From assembly GCA_964392775.1 (NCBI GenBank), contig CAYMRD010000011.1:40410-104409 (forward strand): DNA of 64,000 bases, read 5' to 3'. Shown here in pieces: positions 34,966 to 44,863 of the stretch. Both the position numbers and the translations under genes were made by a program. This stretch comes from an uncultured Bifidobacteriaceae bacterium. Its GTDB lineage: Bacteria; Bacteroidota; Bacteroidia; UKL13-3. How positions within the stretch are numbered: the stretch's first letter is position 1; every line of letters begins with the position of its first letter. Below the pieces are notes generated by a model that saw only the letters and a program-made list of their open reading frames with translations, ran no database searches and was not told the DNA's origin.

Positions 34966-36336
34966 TTGGAACCGCAATACCCGCACGATTTTATACAACA
35001 AATTCGGACCCTCATGGGAGAGGCGTCCGAATTTTTTTTAGCATCCATCCAACAGCCTCCTGCAACATCTGTGCGGCTTAATCCTTACAAACCGGGTGCG
35101 AATTTTGTAAATGCAGCAACAGTTCTCTGGTGTAATCAGGGGTTTACGCTGGCCGAACGTCCTGAGTTTATTTTTGACCCGCTGATTCATGCCGGAGCGT
35201 ATTATGTGCAGGAAAGCTCATCCATGTTTCTGGATTATGTGTTTAGAAACTTGCCTCACAACAATCAGCAACCCCGCAAAGTGCTTGATTTATGTGCCGC
35301 TCCGGGAGGTAAAAGCACACTCATAAGCAGTTGTTTGCGGCCCGGAGATTTGCTGGTGAGCAATGAGATTATCCGTACACGTGCTGCTGTTTTGGAGGAG
35401 AATCTCATGAAATGGGGACAGCCCAATACCATAGTGACTCAAAACGACCCTAAGGATTTTGCTCCTCTTAAACATTTCTTTGATGTGGTAGTGGTAGATG
35501 CTCCCTGTTCGGGTGAAGGGCTTTTTAGAAGAGATAAAAACGCAATGAACGAATGGAGCCTTTCCAGTGTGGCTCTGTGTGAAGCCCGCCAACAAAGGAT
35601 TGTTGCCGATATTATTGACTGTTTGAAACCGGGAGGTTTCATGATATACTCAACCTGCACCTATAACCTCAACGAAAACGAACACAATGTGAGGTGGATG
35701 AAACAGGAGTTTGGTTTGTTGGATGTAAATATTCCGATTCCGAATGATTGGCCTGTTGTTTCTTCGTTAACAGAAGATGTGGTGGCGTATCGTTTTTTAC
35801 CACACAAGGTAAGTGGCGAAGGGTTGTTTATGGCTTGTTTGCAAAAACCGGAAGGAGAGATTACTGAACACCGCTTCAGACCTGTACAAAGCAAAAATAA
35901 AATAAGCGCAACGCAAGTTGATAGTTTGAAACGTTGGGTGAACGAAGCGGAACAGTTTTCATGGTTCGATTTAGGCTCCGAAATTTTAGGTATTCCAGCT
36001 CAACATGTACAATCATTTTCGGTTTTATCAAAACACCTGTACCTCAAAAATGCAGGTATCAATATGGGCAGTTTTGCAGGTTCCGATTTAATTCCTTCAC
36101 ATCATCTGGCATTGAGCAGTTGTTTGTCGCAATCGGTGCAACGCATTGAATTAACTAAAGAAGATGCCATTCGTTACCTGAGAAAAGATGTCTTACAGGT
36201 ATCATCCAACTTAAAAGGATGGACAGCTCTCACGTACCAAAACCTGCCATTGGGCTGGGCCAAATTACTCCCGAACCGATTAAACAATTATCTTCCTGCC
36301 AATCTCCGTATTCTTAAAGAATACAAATATTCATAA
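34966..36336 (+). CDS. RsmB/RsmF (NOL1/NOP2/Sun) family rRNA m5C methyltransferase, RsmF-like
   Basis: SAM motif VLDLCAAPGGKSTLI, catalytic DAPCSGEG and TCT motifs, and a C-terminal PUA-like extension. Confidence 0.75.
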   Translation: MEPQYPHDFIQQIRTLMGEASEFFLASIQQPPATSVRLNPYKPGANFVNAATVLWCNQGFTLAERPEFIFDPLIHAGAYYVQESSSMFLDYVFRNLPHNNQQPRKVLDLCAAPGGKSTLISSCLRPGDLLVSNEIIRTRAAVLEENLMKWGQPNTIVTQNDPKDFAPLKHFFDVVVVDAPCSGEGLFRRDKNAMNEWSLSSVALCEARQQRIVADIIDCLKPGGFMIYSTCTYNLNENEHNVRWMKQEFGLLDVNIPIPNDWPVVSSLTEDVVAYRFLPHKVSGEGLFMACLQKPEGEITEHRFRPVQSKNKISATQVDSLKRWVNEAEQFSWFDLGSEILGIPAQHVQSFSVLSKHLYLKNAGINMGSFAGSDLIPSHHLALSSCLSQSVQRIELTKEDAIRYLRKDVLQVSSNLKGWTALTYQNLPLGWAKLLPNRLNNYLPANLRILKEYKYS

Positions 36337-36340
36337 CTGT

Positions 36341-37573
36341 ATGTCTACACTTACCAAATACCACAAACAACGATTGTTTCCCAATTTGATGGATGCCGTG
36401 CTCAACTGTACCCGTCAGATATTTTTTGAGAAACGGTATGCCGATAAAGCCATTGAACGGATGCTGCAAAGCAATCCTAAATGGGGAGCCCGCGATAGAG
36501 CCTTTATTGCCGAATACACGTATGATATGGTTCGCTGGTGGCGGTTATTGGCATATATAGCCGGTGTGCCCGAAACGGAAACCGGAACACGTATGCACCA
36601 GTTGTTTGCTGCTTTATGGGTGTGGAATGGCAACGACTTACCCGATTGGGATGTGTTCAGAGGATTCGACAAAGTTAAAATGCTGAAACGTTTTGATGAT
36701 GCCCAACATATTAGAACCATTCGCGAATCCATTCCTGATTGGCTGGATGCCCTTGGTGAGCGTGAGTTAGGAGATGCGTGGGATGCTGAAATAAAAGCCA
36801 TGAACGAGCAGGCTCCGTTAATTGTAAGAGCCAACCGTTTAAAAACAAGCAAGGCCAAATTGCTTTCGCGCATGGAGCAGGAAGGCATTGAAGTATCGGA
36901 AGTGGCCGGGGTTCCCGATGCGATTGAAATTCACAAACGCATTAATTTGTTTACCACTCCTTTTATCAAAGAAGGATGGATAGAAGTGCAGGATGCAGCC
37001 TCACAACTGGTGGCCGGGTATGTAGATGTAAAACCCGGAATGCGGGTGATTGATGCCTGTGCCGGTGCCGGAGGAAAATCGTTGCATCTGGCTGCATTGA
37101 TGGAAAACAAAGGGCGTATCATCTCTATGGATGTAGAATCCTTTAAACTCGAAGAACTCAAACGCAGGGCACGCAGGGCAGGAGCGGGAATCATCGAAAC
37201 ACGTGTGATTGAATCGGCTAAAACCATTAAACGTTTACAGGAAACAGCCGATAGGGTATTGCTGGATGTACCTTGCAGCGGCTTGGGTGTATTGCGCAGA
37301 AACCCTGATGCCAAGTGGAAACTGGGCCTCGATTTTATTGTTTCAGTTCGCAAAACACAGCAGGATATTTTGAACCAGTATTCGCAAATGCTGAAACCCG
37401 GAGGTAAATTGGTGTATGCTACTTGCAGTATTTTGCCGAGTGAAGATGAACATCAGGTAGAGCAGTTTTTAGCTGCTCATCCCGAATATACACTGGAAGA
37501 ACAATACCGTGTATCGGTTGCCGAAACAGGGTTTGACGGATTTTTTATGGCCCGCCTGAGCAAAAAAGGTTAG
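36341..37573 (+). CDS. rsmB: 16S rRNA (cytosine-C5)-methyltransferase RsmB with NusB-like N-domain
   Basis: NusB-like N-terminus, VIDACAGAGGKSLHLA, LLDVPCSGLGVLRR and ATCS motifs. Confidence 0.75.
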   Translation: MSTLTKYHKQRLFPNLMDAVLNCTRQIFFEKRYADKAIERMLQSNPKWGARDRAFIAEYTYDMVRWWRLLAYIAGVPETETGTRMHQLFAALWVWNGNDLPDWDVFRGFDKVKMLKRFDDAQHIRTIRESIPDWLDALGERELGDAWDAEIKAMNEQAPLIVRANRLKTSKAKLLSRMEQEGIEVSEVAGVPDAIEIHKRINLFTTPFIKEGWIEVQDAASQLVAGYVDVKPGMRVIDACAGAGGKSLHLAALMENKGRIISMDVESFKLEELKRRARRAGAGIIETRVIESAKTIKRLQETADRVLLDVPCSGLGVLRRNPDAKWKLGLDFIVSVRKTQQDILNQYSQMLKPGGKLVYATCSILPSEDEHQVEQFLAAHPEYTLEEQYRVSVAETGFDGFFMARLSKKG

Positions 37574-37589
37574 CGGATTAATCGCGGTA

Positions 37590-37705
37590 TTGTCCTCCGC
37601 ACCCTCTAATCCAAAATGGAGTTCCGCACACAGTTCTAATTGACAGGCGTAGGCATGCGGCTGGCCCCCTTTCAGGGGCAGGGATGAGCGGGGGGAGCTG
37701 ACAAA
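37590..37705 (+). repeat. Intergenic mosaic repeat (member B): tandem ccgcacMc..tctaat half-sites, gttctaattgacagg block, ccccctttcaggggcaggg palindrome
   Basis: Shares an exact 14-nt gttctaattgacag with 18740-18753 and the ccgcacac core with 22803 and 40123. Confidence 0.7.
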
Positions 37706-37710
37706 AACGG

Positions 37711-38784
37711 TTAAGCTTCGCTTGTATGCGGTTCTCCGGGGTTATTGATCCAAGCCGTTAACAATTTGTATCCAATAGAAAGCACAATGGCTCCGGTAAA
37801 CAAACCAATAAAGCCCGACATCATAAACCCTCCGATAACCCCTAAGAAGATTACAAGCATGGGAACGGGAGCGCCTTTACCCAATAAAATGGGTTTTAAA
37901 ATATTATCGGAGGTAAGCACCACCGCAAAATAAATGCTCCATAAAGTGGCAGTCATCGTATCGCCCTGCATAAAAAGGTAAATGGCGGACGGAATCAGAA
38001 CCAACGCAGGACCCACCTGTACAATGGATAAAATCAGGCACGCTAAAATCCAAATGCCGGCATGTGGAATATGGGAAAGGTATAATCCGAATCCGGCAAG
38101 GATGGATTGTATAACGGCAACACCCAACACCCCTTTTACCACATTGCGGATAGTAGCTGTTATCAATTTCACAAACTCCTCTCCGCGGTCGTCAATGAAC
38201 TTATTCAGAATGGTATGGGCGGCCTGCTCGGTACCTCCTGTTGCCAGTAATACTCCGGCAATAATGATGGATAACAATACCTGAAGAATACCCAGTCCGG
38301 TGCCTACAATGGCATTTAACACATTACGGGAAACATTGGTGATTTCCGACTGGTATTGCTGAACAAACACTTCTGTATTTTCGGTAAGCAAGGTGAGTAT
38401 ATCATACAGTTTTTTGCCAATAACAGGCCAGTCTTTAACCGATTCTTTGGGACCATAAATGGTCAGAGTGCCATTGTCAATTTGCTCTTTAAAGAATGTA
38501 GCACTATCGGTAAGTGAGCTTACAAACATTGAAACCGGAATAATTAAAACAGCCAGCATAAAAAGTGTAAGCAGTACGGCTGTCAGGGTTTGTTTATTGC
38601 CCAAACGTTTTTGGAGCATCATCTGAAGCGGGTATACAGCCACGGCAATAATGATTCCCCACAAAACGGGTTGGATAAAAGGAGATAAGATCTGGAAACA
38701 CCAATATAAAATAAGGATGAGTAAGGCCAGACGGAGAAAAATTTCAATGGCCTGAGTGGTGGGTTTGTTGGATGGAGTAGTCAT
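37711..38784 (-). CDS. AI-2E family (PerM/YhhT-like) transporter
   Basis: 357 aa, 8 TM, with the characteristic loop/TM arrangement. Confidence 0.75.
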   Translation of the reverse strand: MTTPSNKPTTQAIEIFLRLALLILILYWCFQILSPFIQPVLWGIIIAVAVYPLQMMLQKRLGNKQTLTAVLLTLFMLAVLIIPVSMFVSSLTDSATFFKEQIDNGTLTIYGPKESVKDWPVIGKKLYDILTLLTENTEVFVQQYQSEITNVSRNVLNAIVGTGLGILQVLLSIIIAGVLLATGGTEQAAHTILNKFIDDRGEEFVKLITATIRNVVKGVLGVAVIQSILAGFGLYLSHIPHAGIWILACLILSIVQVGPALVLIPSAIYLFMQGDTMTATLWSIYFAVVLTSDNILKPILLGKGAPVPMLVIFLGVIGGFMMSGFIGLFTGAIVLSIGYKLLTAWINNPGEPHTSEA

Positions 38785-38921
38785 GCTGATAGGATTTAGA
38801 TTATCGAAAATAGGGATTCACCATTAAATCCAATGGAGAAATAAGTAACACCTGTGGAAATGATGCAGGTTCGTTCCTATCGAATAAAATGATACTTTTG
38901 CCACGCTAAATAATTGCATGC

Positions 38922-39665
38922 ATGCTCAATCATAAAAAAGTAGTAGTGGTAATGCCGGCCTATAATGCCGCTCTCACCCTTAACAAAACATATAAAGAGA
39001 TTCCTTTTGATATTGTGGATGAGGTGATTTTGGTGGACGATGCAGGAAAAGACAATACGGCCGAGGTGGCACGCAATCTTGGTATTCAGCATGTAATCAG
39101 GCACGAACGCAACAAAGGATACGGAGGCAACCAAAAAACCTGCTACAACAAAGCGCGTGAGATTGGAGCCGATATTGTTATCATGCTGCACCCGGATTAT
39201 CAGTACACACCCAAGCTGATAACGGCTATGGCCAGCATTATAGCCAACGATTTATACCCTGTTGTGTTTGGCTCTCGTATTTTGGGAATGGGAGCCCTCA
39301 AAGGAGGTATGCCCATGTATAAGTTCATTTTTAACAGATGCCTCACCTTATTCCAGAATATTATGATGCATCAGAAACTTTCTGAGTACCATACCGGTTA
39401 CAGAGCTTTTAGCAGAGAGGTTTTGGAAAAAGTGAATTATGAATTATGTTCGGATGATTTTGTATTCGATAATCAGATGATTGCTCAGATATTTTATGCA
39501 GGTTTCGAAATAGGAGAGGTTACTTGTCCAACCAAGTATTTTCCGGAGGCTTCATCCATTAATTTCAAACGAAGCAGTATTTATGGGTTAGGTGTATTGC
39601 AAACTTCCATTATTTACCGCCTCCAAAAATGGGGTCTGGGGTCGTTTAAAATCTTTGGTTCGTAA
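38922..39665 (+). CDS. Family-2 glycosyltransferase, polyprenol-phosphate sugar synthase type (DPM1/ArnC-like)
   Basis: [29 protein letters not shown] (DxD) and a soluble GT-A fold. 247 aa. Confidence 0.75.
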   Translation: MLNHKKVVVVMPAYNAALTLNKTYKEIPFDIVDEVILVDDAGKDNTAEVARNLGIQHVIRHERNKGYGGNQKTCYNKAREIGADIVIMLHPDYQYTPKLITAMASIIANDLYPVVFGSRILGMGALKGGMPMYKFIFNRCLTLFQNIMMHQKLSEYHTGYRAFSREVLEKVNYELCSDDFVFDNQMIAQIFYAGFEIGEVTCPTKYFPEASSINFKRSSIYGLGVLQTSIIYRLQKWGLGSFKIFGS

Positions 39666-39666
39666 A

Positions 39667-40026
39667 ATGAAGAAATTCAATGCCTTGTTTCTGTTATCCT
39701 TATTCCTGCTGGTAATTGCCTTTCCGGGATACGGTCGCAGTGTGCAAAGCAGTTCCGGAAGCTGTAAGGAGCAATTTTCCGAAACATCCACATCCCTTGA
39801 TCAATTACTCAAACGTTGCCTGCAAACGGGAATTAACCTCATGGAAGAAGAACGGGTCAACGAAGAAGGGGATGATTCATCTTCCTCAGCTCTTTGTTTT
39901 ATATTAGACAGACAGGCTTCGCTCTTAGAGTTTAAAGCAGATATACTGAGCTATTTTACCAATCATTCCTTTAGTTTATTAGAGATTACACTGATGGGTA
40001 ACTACCCGCCTCCCGATTGTATTTGA
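39667..40026 (+). CDS. Hypothetical secreted protein (119 aa)
   Basis: Signal peptide MKKFNALFLLSLFLLVIAFPGYG. Starts 1 nt after the GT2 stop. Confidence 0.4.
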   Translation: MKKFNALFLLSLFLLVIAFPGYGRSVQSSSGSCKEQFSETSTSLDQLLKRCLQTGINLMEEERVNEEGDDSSSSALCFILDRQASLLEFKADILSYFTNHSFSLLEITLMGNYPPPDCI

Positions 40027-40094
40027 TTGTCTTTTTGTTTTTTAGGCTATCTTAGATAAAGGTAGTTGTATTTATTAAGTGACTGTGGGGAAGA

Positions 40095-40185
40095 TGTCAA
40101 TTTACCCCTGAAAGAGAACCAACCGCACACCTTCTAAAAAACTTGTACGAGGAATTCCCTTTGGGGTCGGGTGGGGCGGAGGATA
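40095..40185 (+). repeat. Intergenic mosaic repeat (member C): cccctgaaag ... ccgcacaccttctaaaaaac ... ccctttggggtcgggtggggcgg
   Basis: The core ccgcacacYttctaaaaRac is shared with 22803-22822. Confidence 0.7.
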
Positions 40186-40234
40186 AAAGAAGTTTACCTG
40201 AAACAGTTTTCATTATATAGCACATCAATCATAC

Positions 40235-42475
40235 ATGAGAGACGAAGTTAATATACAGTCTGTATCGACAAAGTATTTAAGATATGACCTTCCGGCAGGT
40301 ATAGCCGTGTTTTTTGTGGCGGTTCCACTCTGTTTAGGAATTGCCCACGCCTCGGGAGCCCCTCTTATTTCGGGTTTAATTACCGGAATTATCGGAGGTG
40401 TCATTACCGGGCTTATCAGCAACTCACAGCTAAGTGTAAGCGGGCCGGCCGCAGGTTTAACAGCCATTGCCATTGCCGGAATCGCAAGCCTGGGTTCTTT
40501 TGAAGCTTTTTTACTGGCTACCGTTATTGCCGGACTTATACAAATTGTTCTGGGGTCTTTAAAAGCCGGCTTCATAGCCACCTATATTCCCAATACCATA
40601 ATCAAGGGAATGTTATCAGCCATCGGATTAATCCTTATTATTAAACAGTTTCCCCATCTGATAGGATACGATATTGAGGCCATGGGGGTACAGGAATTTA
40701 ATGACACCATTCAGGATATGAATGTGCAGCATGCTCCGGGGTCCAATTCGTTTACCATCTTTTTAGAAGGTTTCAACAACTTACATTCCGGAGTTTTGGT
40801 TATTGGATTGGCGAGCGTGTTTTTTCTGGTGATCTGGGACAAATTTTTCCAACACCGCTTCAAAACCTTACCGGGTTCGTTGCTGGTGGTTTTATTAGGC
40901 GTTGCCATTAATTATATCGTTGAACACTGGCTGTTTAATATGCCTTTAGGAGCTGATCATTTTGTGAATATTCCTAAAATCGACAATATTTCGGAGTTTA
41001 TGTATATCAGCACGTTTCCCGATTGGAAATCACTGGCCAATTACTCCGTGTATACTACGGCCTTTACCATTGCGGTGGTTGCATCCATCGAAACCTTGTT
41101 ATCGGTAGAGGCGGTTGATAAACTGGATCCGATGAAACGAAGCACTCCGGCCAATCGAGAACTCGTGGCGCAGGGGATTGGAAATACGCTTGCCGGATTA
41201 TTCGGAGGATTGCCTATGACAGCCGTTATTGTTCGGGGTTCGGTGAACGTTTCGGCAGGAGCGCACACCAAACTGTCAGCCATATTGCATGGTACATTTA
41301 TTTTGGTAGCCGTTATTTTTCTGTCATCGCTGATGAACATGATTCCGTTAGCCAGTCTGGCAGCCGTATTGATTTACACCGGATATAAATTGCTGGCTCC
41401 TCAGTTGCTGGTGGAGCAATACCGCAAAGGATTGGGTCAGTTTGTTCCGTTCATTGTTACCGTTGTAGCGATTGTGTTTACGGATCTGCTTATCGGAGTA
41501 GGGTTGGGTATAACCATATCCTTGTTTTTTATTGTCAAAGAAGACTATAAAGGCACAGTGCTGAAAGTAAGCGATATGGGCAGACGTAAACGGATTGTAT
41601 TAGGTGAAAATATCACCTTCCTGCACAGGCCTAAATTCGTCAAAATATTAAGTCAGATACCCGAAGGGAGTATCCTCGAAATTGACGGATCCCGAAACCA
41701 TTTTATCGATAAAGACATCCTTGAACTTATTACCAGCTTTAAAGAAAAAGCAGCTCAACAAAATATTGAACTCATTATCGGAGGACTAAAACAAATGCAA
41801 AACGAAGATTTAAAAGAAAGCATGCGCAAATCATACGAGCGCTTATTTGAAAATAACGAAAAGTGGATCGCTAACCGCCAAAAAGAAGATCCTGAATACT
41901 TTAATAAATTGTCGGTGGGGCAAACACCACAGTATTTATTCATTGGATGCTCGGACAGCCGGGTTCCGGCAAATGAGATTACCGGAACAGATGCCGGTGA
42001 CATGTTTGTACACCGCAATATTGCCAATATGGTTGTCAATACTGATATCAACATGTTGTCGGTGGTACAATATTCGGTTGAAGTATTAAATGTAAAACAC
42101 ATCATTGTTTGTGGTCATTATGGTTGTGGTGGAGTGAAAGAAGCCATGCATCACCGCTCAAACGGTATTATTGATAAATGGTTGCGAAACATCAAAGATG
42201 TGATGCGTTTGCACAAAGCCGAACTGGATCATATACATGATGATGATCAACGCTACCGCAGATTGATTGAGTTGAATGTAAAAGAGCAGGTAGTAAACCT
42301 GATGAAAATATCATTCATTCAAAAAAACAGGGCCCAATACGGGTTTCCCGAAGTACACGGCTGGGTGTATGACATCAGCAACGGAAAACTTATTGACATG
42401 AAGGTTGATATTGAAAAAGAGTTCCCTGAGTACAATGATTTGTACAAGATTGACACCGAAGAAAATTCTATTTAA
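40235..42475 (+). CDS. SulP-family anion transporter with STAS domain fused to C-terminal beta-carbonic anhydrase
   Basis: N-terminal SulP TM core and a STAS region. C-terminal CSDSRV...HxxCGG beta-CA zinc ligands (aa ~530-746). Confidence 0.8.
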   Translation: MRDEVNIQSVSTKYLRYDLPAGIAVFFVAVPLCLGIAHASGAPLISGLITGIIGGVITGLISNSQLSVSGPAAGLTAIAIAGIASLGSFEAFLLATVIAGLIQIVLGSLKAGFIATYIPNTIIKGMLSAIGLILIIKQFPHLIGYDIEAMGVQEFNDTIQDMNVQHAPGSNSFTIFLEGFNNLHSGVLVIGLASVFFLVIWDKFFQHRFKTLPGSLLVVLLGVAINYIVEHWLFNMPLGADHFVNIPKIDNISEFMYISTFPDWKSLANYSVYTTAFTIAVVASIETLLSVEAVDKLDPMKRSTPANRELVAQGIGNTLAGLFGGLPMTAVIVRGSVNVSAGAHTKLSAILHGTFILVAVIFLSSLMNMIPLASLAAVLIYTGYKLLAPQLLVEQYRKGLGQFVPFIVTVVAIVFTDLLIGVGLGITISLFFIVKEDYKGTVLKVSDMGRRKRIVLGENITFLHRPKFVKILSQIPEGSILEIDGSRNHFIDKDILELITSFKEKAAQQNIELIIGGLKQMQNEDLKESMRKSYERLFENNEKWIANRQKEDPEYFNKLSVGQTPQYLFIGCSDSRVPANEITGTDAGDMFVHRNIANMVVNTDINMLSVVQYSVEVLNVKHIIVCGHYGCGGVKEAMHHRSNGIIDKWLRNIKDVMRLHKAELDHIHDDDQRYRRLIELNVKEQVVNLMKISFIQKNRAQYGFPEVHGWVYDISNGKLIDMKVDIEKEFPEYNDLYKIDTEENSI

Positions 42476-44096
42476 CGGGTTCCCGTTTCCAAAAAATAAA
42501 ACCGCCTTTGCGACCGATTTCAAGGACTCCATAGTCTTTGACTTCGGTCTCTCCGGTAATCTTAGAAACAAAATAAGCCGGCTTGTCGGTATTGCCAAAC
42601 AGTAACCAGTTTCTGTCATTGTATTCAGGATGAGTATGAGGCTGGGTTTGAGCATAAAAATACTGCGCATAACTTTTCATGCCCAGGGTTTCTACATAAC
42701 AATCCTTGCCTTGTAAACTTTCATAAAACTCAATAGCGGGCCGTTGTGTATAAGCTTCAATTTTGGGTACAACCCATGCCAGATATGCCGGTAAAGCAAT
42801 CATAATACCTGCCAGCAAACCAACCACACCTTTCATGGTTTCTCCTTTTGCCTGCAATACCAGTGTTCTAATCAATAATCCGAGGAGAAGAATACCAATA
42901 GTCCATTCAAATCCGTTCCACCCGGCACTCACCGAAAGGCAAGCCACAGCAAAATCATCTTTTATGTACGGAATCAACAGGTGTTTATAATGTCCAATCA
43001 GGGGTAAAGCAGCCATTGCTGCACTCATTGCGATGCCAATAATACCCATCAATCCAAGCAGCCATTTAGGAACCTGTTTTTCCTTTAGCAATAATTGGTC
43101 AACACCAAAGGCTGCCATAAACGTGAGGGGCATCCAGCATAAGGAACTGTAGTGAACAATTTTGGTGGTAACAGCCGAAAACAATATCAAAACCACCCAA
43201 AACAGGGTATTCATCCAGCGTTTTAAGATGATTTCTTCGGGGTTAACTGTTTTGGAAAGAAACCCCTGAATGCTGAAAACAGAAGCAGGGAAAGCTCCAA
43301 ACAATAACACTACCGGATGGTAATACCAGGGCTGGCCGTGACCTGCGACAGGGTTTTTAAACAAGTCGATTTGGTAAACGATAAAATCTTTGAGCACTCC
43401 AAATCCATTTTGACTGACTTCAACGGCTACCCATAAACTTGAAACGCCAAGAATAATGAGTACACATAATACCACCTGATACCAGTTAAAGAAAAACTCA
43501 AACCGGTTGCGTATCCAAAATACCAACACACATAAGGCTGCCACCAGTAAGGCTACGGGGCCTTTGGTGAGAACCGCCAATCCCAGGCTTAACCCGATGA
43601 GGGCAAAACGTTTGGTGCGGTTTTCTTTTTCCTGTTTGAGAGAAGCCTGACTAAGCTGCCAGATTGCATAAAAAATAAAGAGATTGAACCAGGGGTCGAT
43701 AATGCCGCTTTTAAAATACAATGCAGGGGTGAATGAGCCGGCCATAAACAATACCCAAAGCCAGGCAAAGCGGGTATTTACCTTTGTTTTACCAATATGA
43801 AAAAGTAAACAAAGCGACAAAATACCACAAACAGCATTGGGGAAACGGGCAGCAAATTCATTGATGCCAAAGGCTTTCATGCTCAGGGCCTGAAGCCAGA
43901 AGAACAGAGGTGGTTTTTCCCAGAAAGGCTGAAAATTGATTTGTACCCTGAAGTATTCGCCCGAAACCAGCATCTCACGTGCCGATTCGGCAAAATTGAT
44001 TTCGTCCCAATCAAACAAATGAACAGCGCCCAAAAAAGGTATAAACAACAAAGCAGCAAGTGCAGCAACAACTGATGTATGTTGTGGGAATCTCAT
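42468..44096 (-). CDS. GT39/GT83-family (ArnT/PMT-like) polyprenol-phosphate-sugar-dependent glycosyltransferase
   Basis: N-terminal loop motif LFDWDEINFAESAREM (DE), 11-13 TM, and a C-terminal periplasmic domain. Confidence 0.75.
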   Translation of the reverse strand: MRFPQHTSVVAALAALLFIPFLGAVHLFDWDEINFAESAREMLVSGEYFRVQINFQPFWEKPPLFFWLQALSMKAFGINEFAARFPNAVCGILSLCLLFHIGKTKVNTRFAWLWVLFMAGSFTPALYFKSGIIDPWFNLFIFYAIWQLSQASLKQEKENRTKRFALIGLSLGLAVLTKGPVALLVAALCVLVFWIRNRFEFFFNWYQVVLCVLIILGVSSLWVAVEVSQNGFGVLKDFIVYQIDLFKNPVAGHGQPWYYHPVVLLFGAFPASVFSIQGFLSKTVNPEEIILKRWMNTLFWVVLILFSAVTTKIVHYSSLCWMPLTFMAAFGVDQLLLKEKQVPKWLLGLMGIIGIAMSAAMAALPLIGHYKHLLIPYIKDDFAVACLSVSAGWNGFEWTIGILLLGLLIRTLVLQAKGETMKGVVGLLAGIMIALPAYLAWVVPKIEAYTQRPAIEFYESLQGKDCYVETLGMKSYAQYFYAQTQPHTHPEYNDRNWLLFGNTDKPAYFVSKITGETEVKDYGVLEIGRKGGFIFWKREPVK

Positions 44097-44758
44097 GACT
44101 GAGCCGGATTAAATGTTTTATAAGCGGCAAATAACAAGGTGCTGAACAAGGTTCCGATTATCGCTCCGGCCAATACATCCATCCAGAAATGTTGTAGTAA
44201 ATAGATGCGTGAAACCCCCACCAGTGTTGCGATAAAAGCCCATACCCATCCAATCTTTTTGGGTTTTAACAACAAAGCCAATAATGTATACAAAGAAAAC
44301 CCTGCTGTGGTATGACCGGATGGAAAACTGTTCAGATGATTCATCTCCACACCCGGAACAAAATACAAACCACTGATGCCCTCCATTAATACAGCCGGAC
44401 GGTGGTAGTCGTCAAATACCTGATGTTTTAAAAATTGGGTAATCAACGATGGAATCACCAAACACAATACTACCGGAATAAACCAGCTTCGTTTATAAAC
44501 GATTAAAACCAAACCGACAAGGGTTAAAAACCACCCATCGCCTAAATACGTCATGAGTATCATTACCTGATCGAGCAGGGGAGTATGGGTATTGTTAATC
44601 CAAATGGATAAGGCAAACTGAGAATACAAAAGCTGATAGTAAAGTCCTAATAGCCAAATGAGAGCAAATGCCAGATAATAATTTCTGTTGAGTTGGAGGG
44701 TTGCGCGAAGCTGTTGAAGGTACACAAGGGCAAATTTCAACGAAAAAATGTCAAACAC
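44093..44758 (-). CDS. PAP2-family membrane phosphatase
   Basis: PSGH and SR..H acid phosphatase motifs. 4-nt overlap with the GT39 gene. Confidence 0.75.
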   Translation of the reverse strand: MFDIFSLKFALVYLQQLRATLQLNRNYYLAFALIWLLGLYYQLLYSQFALSIWINNTHTPLLDQVMILMTYLGDGWFLTLVGLVLIVYKRSWFIPVVLCLVIPSLITQFLKHQVFDDYHRPAVLMEGISGLYFVPGVEMNHLNSFPSGHTTAGFSLYTLLALLLKPKKIGWVWAFIATLVGVSRIYLLQHFWMDVLAGAIIGTLFSTLLFAAYKTFNPAQS

Positions 44759-44863
44759 AAAAAAAATATATTATTGAAAATCAAATATGTAAATAATTAA
44801 TAGTACCATGTATTGCAAAGTACCTTGTTGGTTTTACATTTGTTCCCGAAAATAAGAGTTTAT

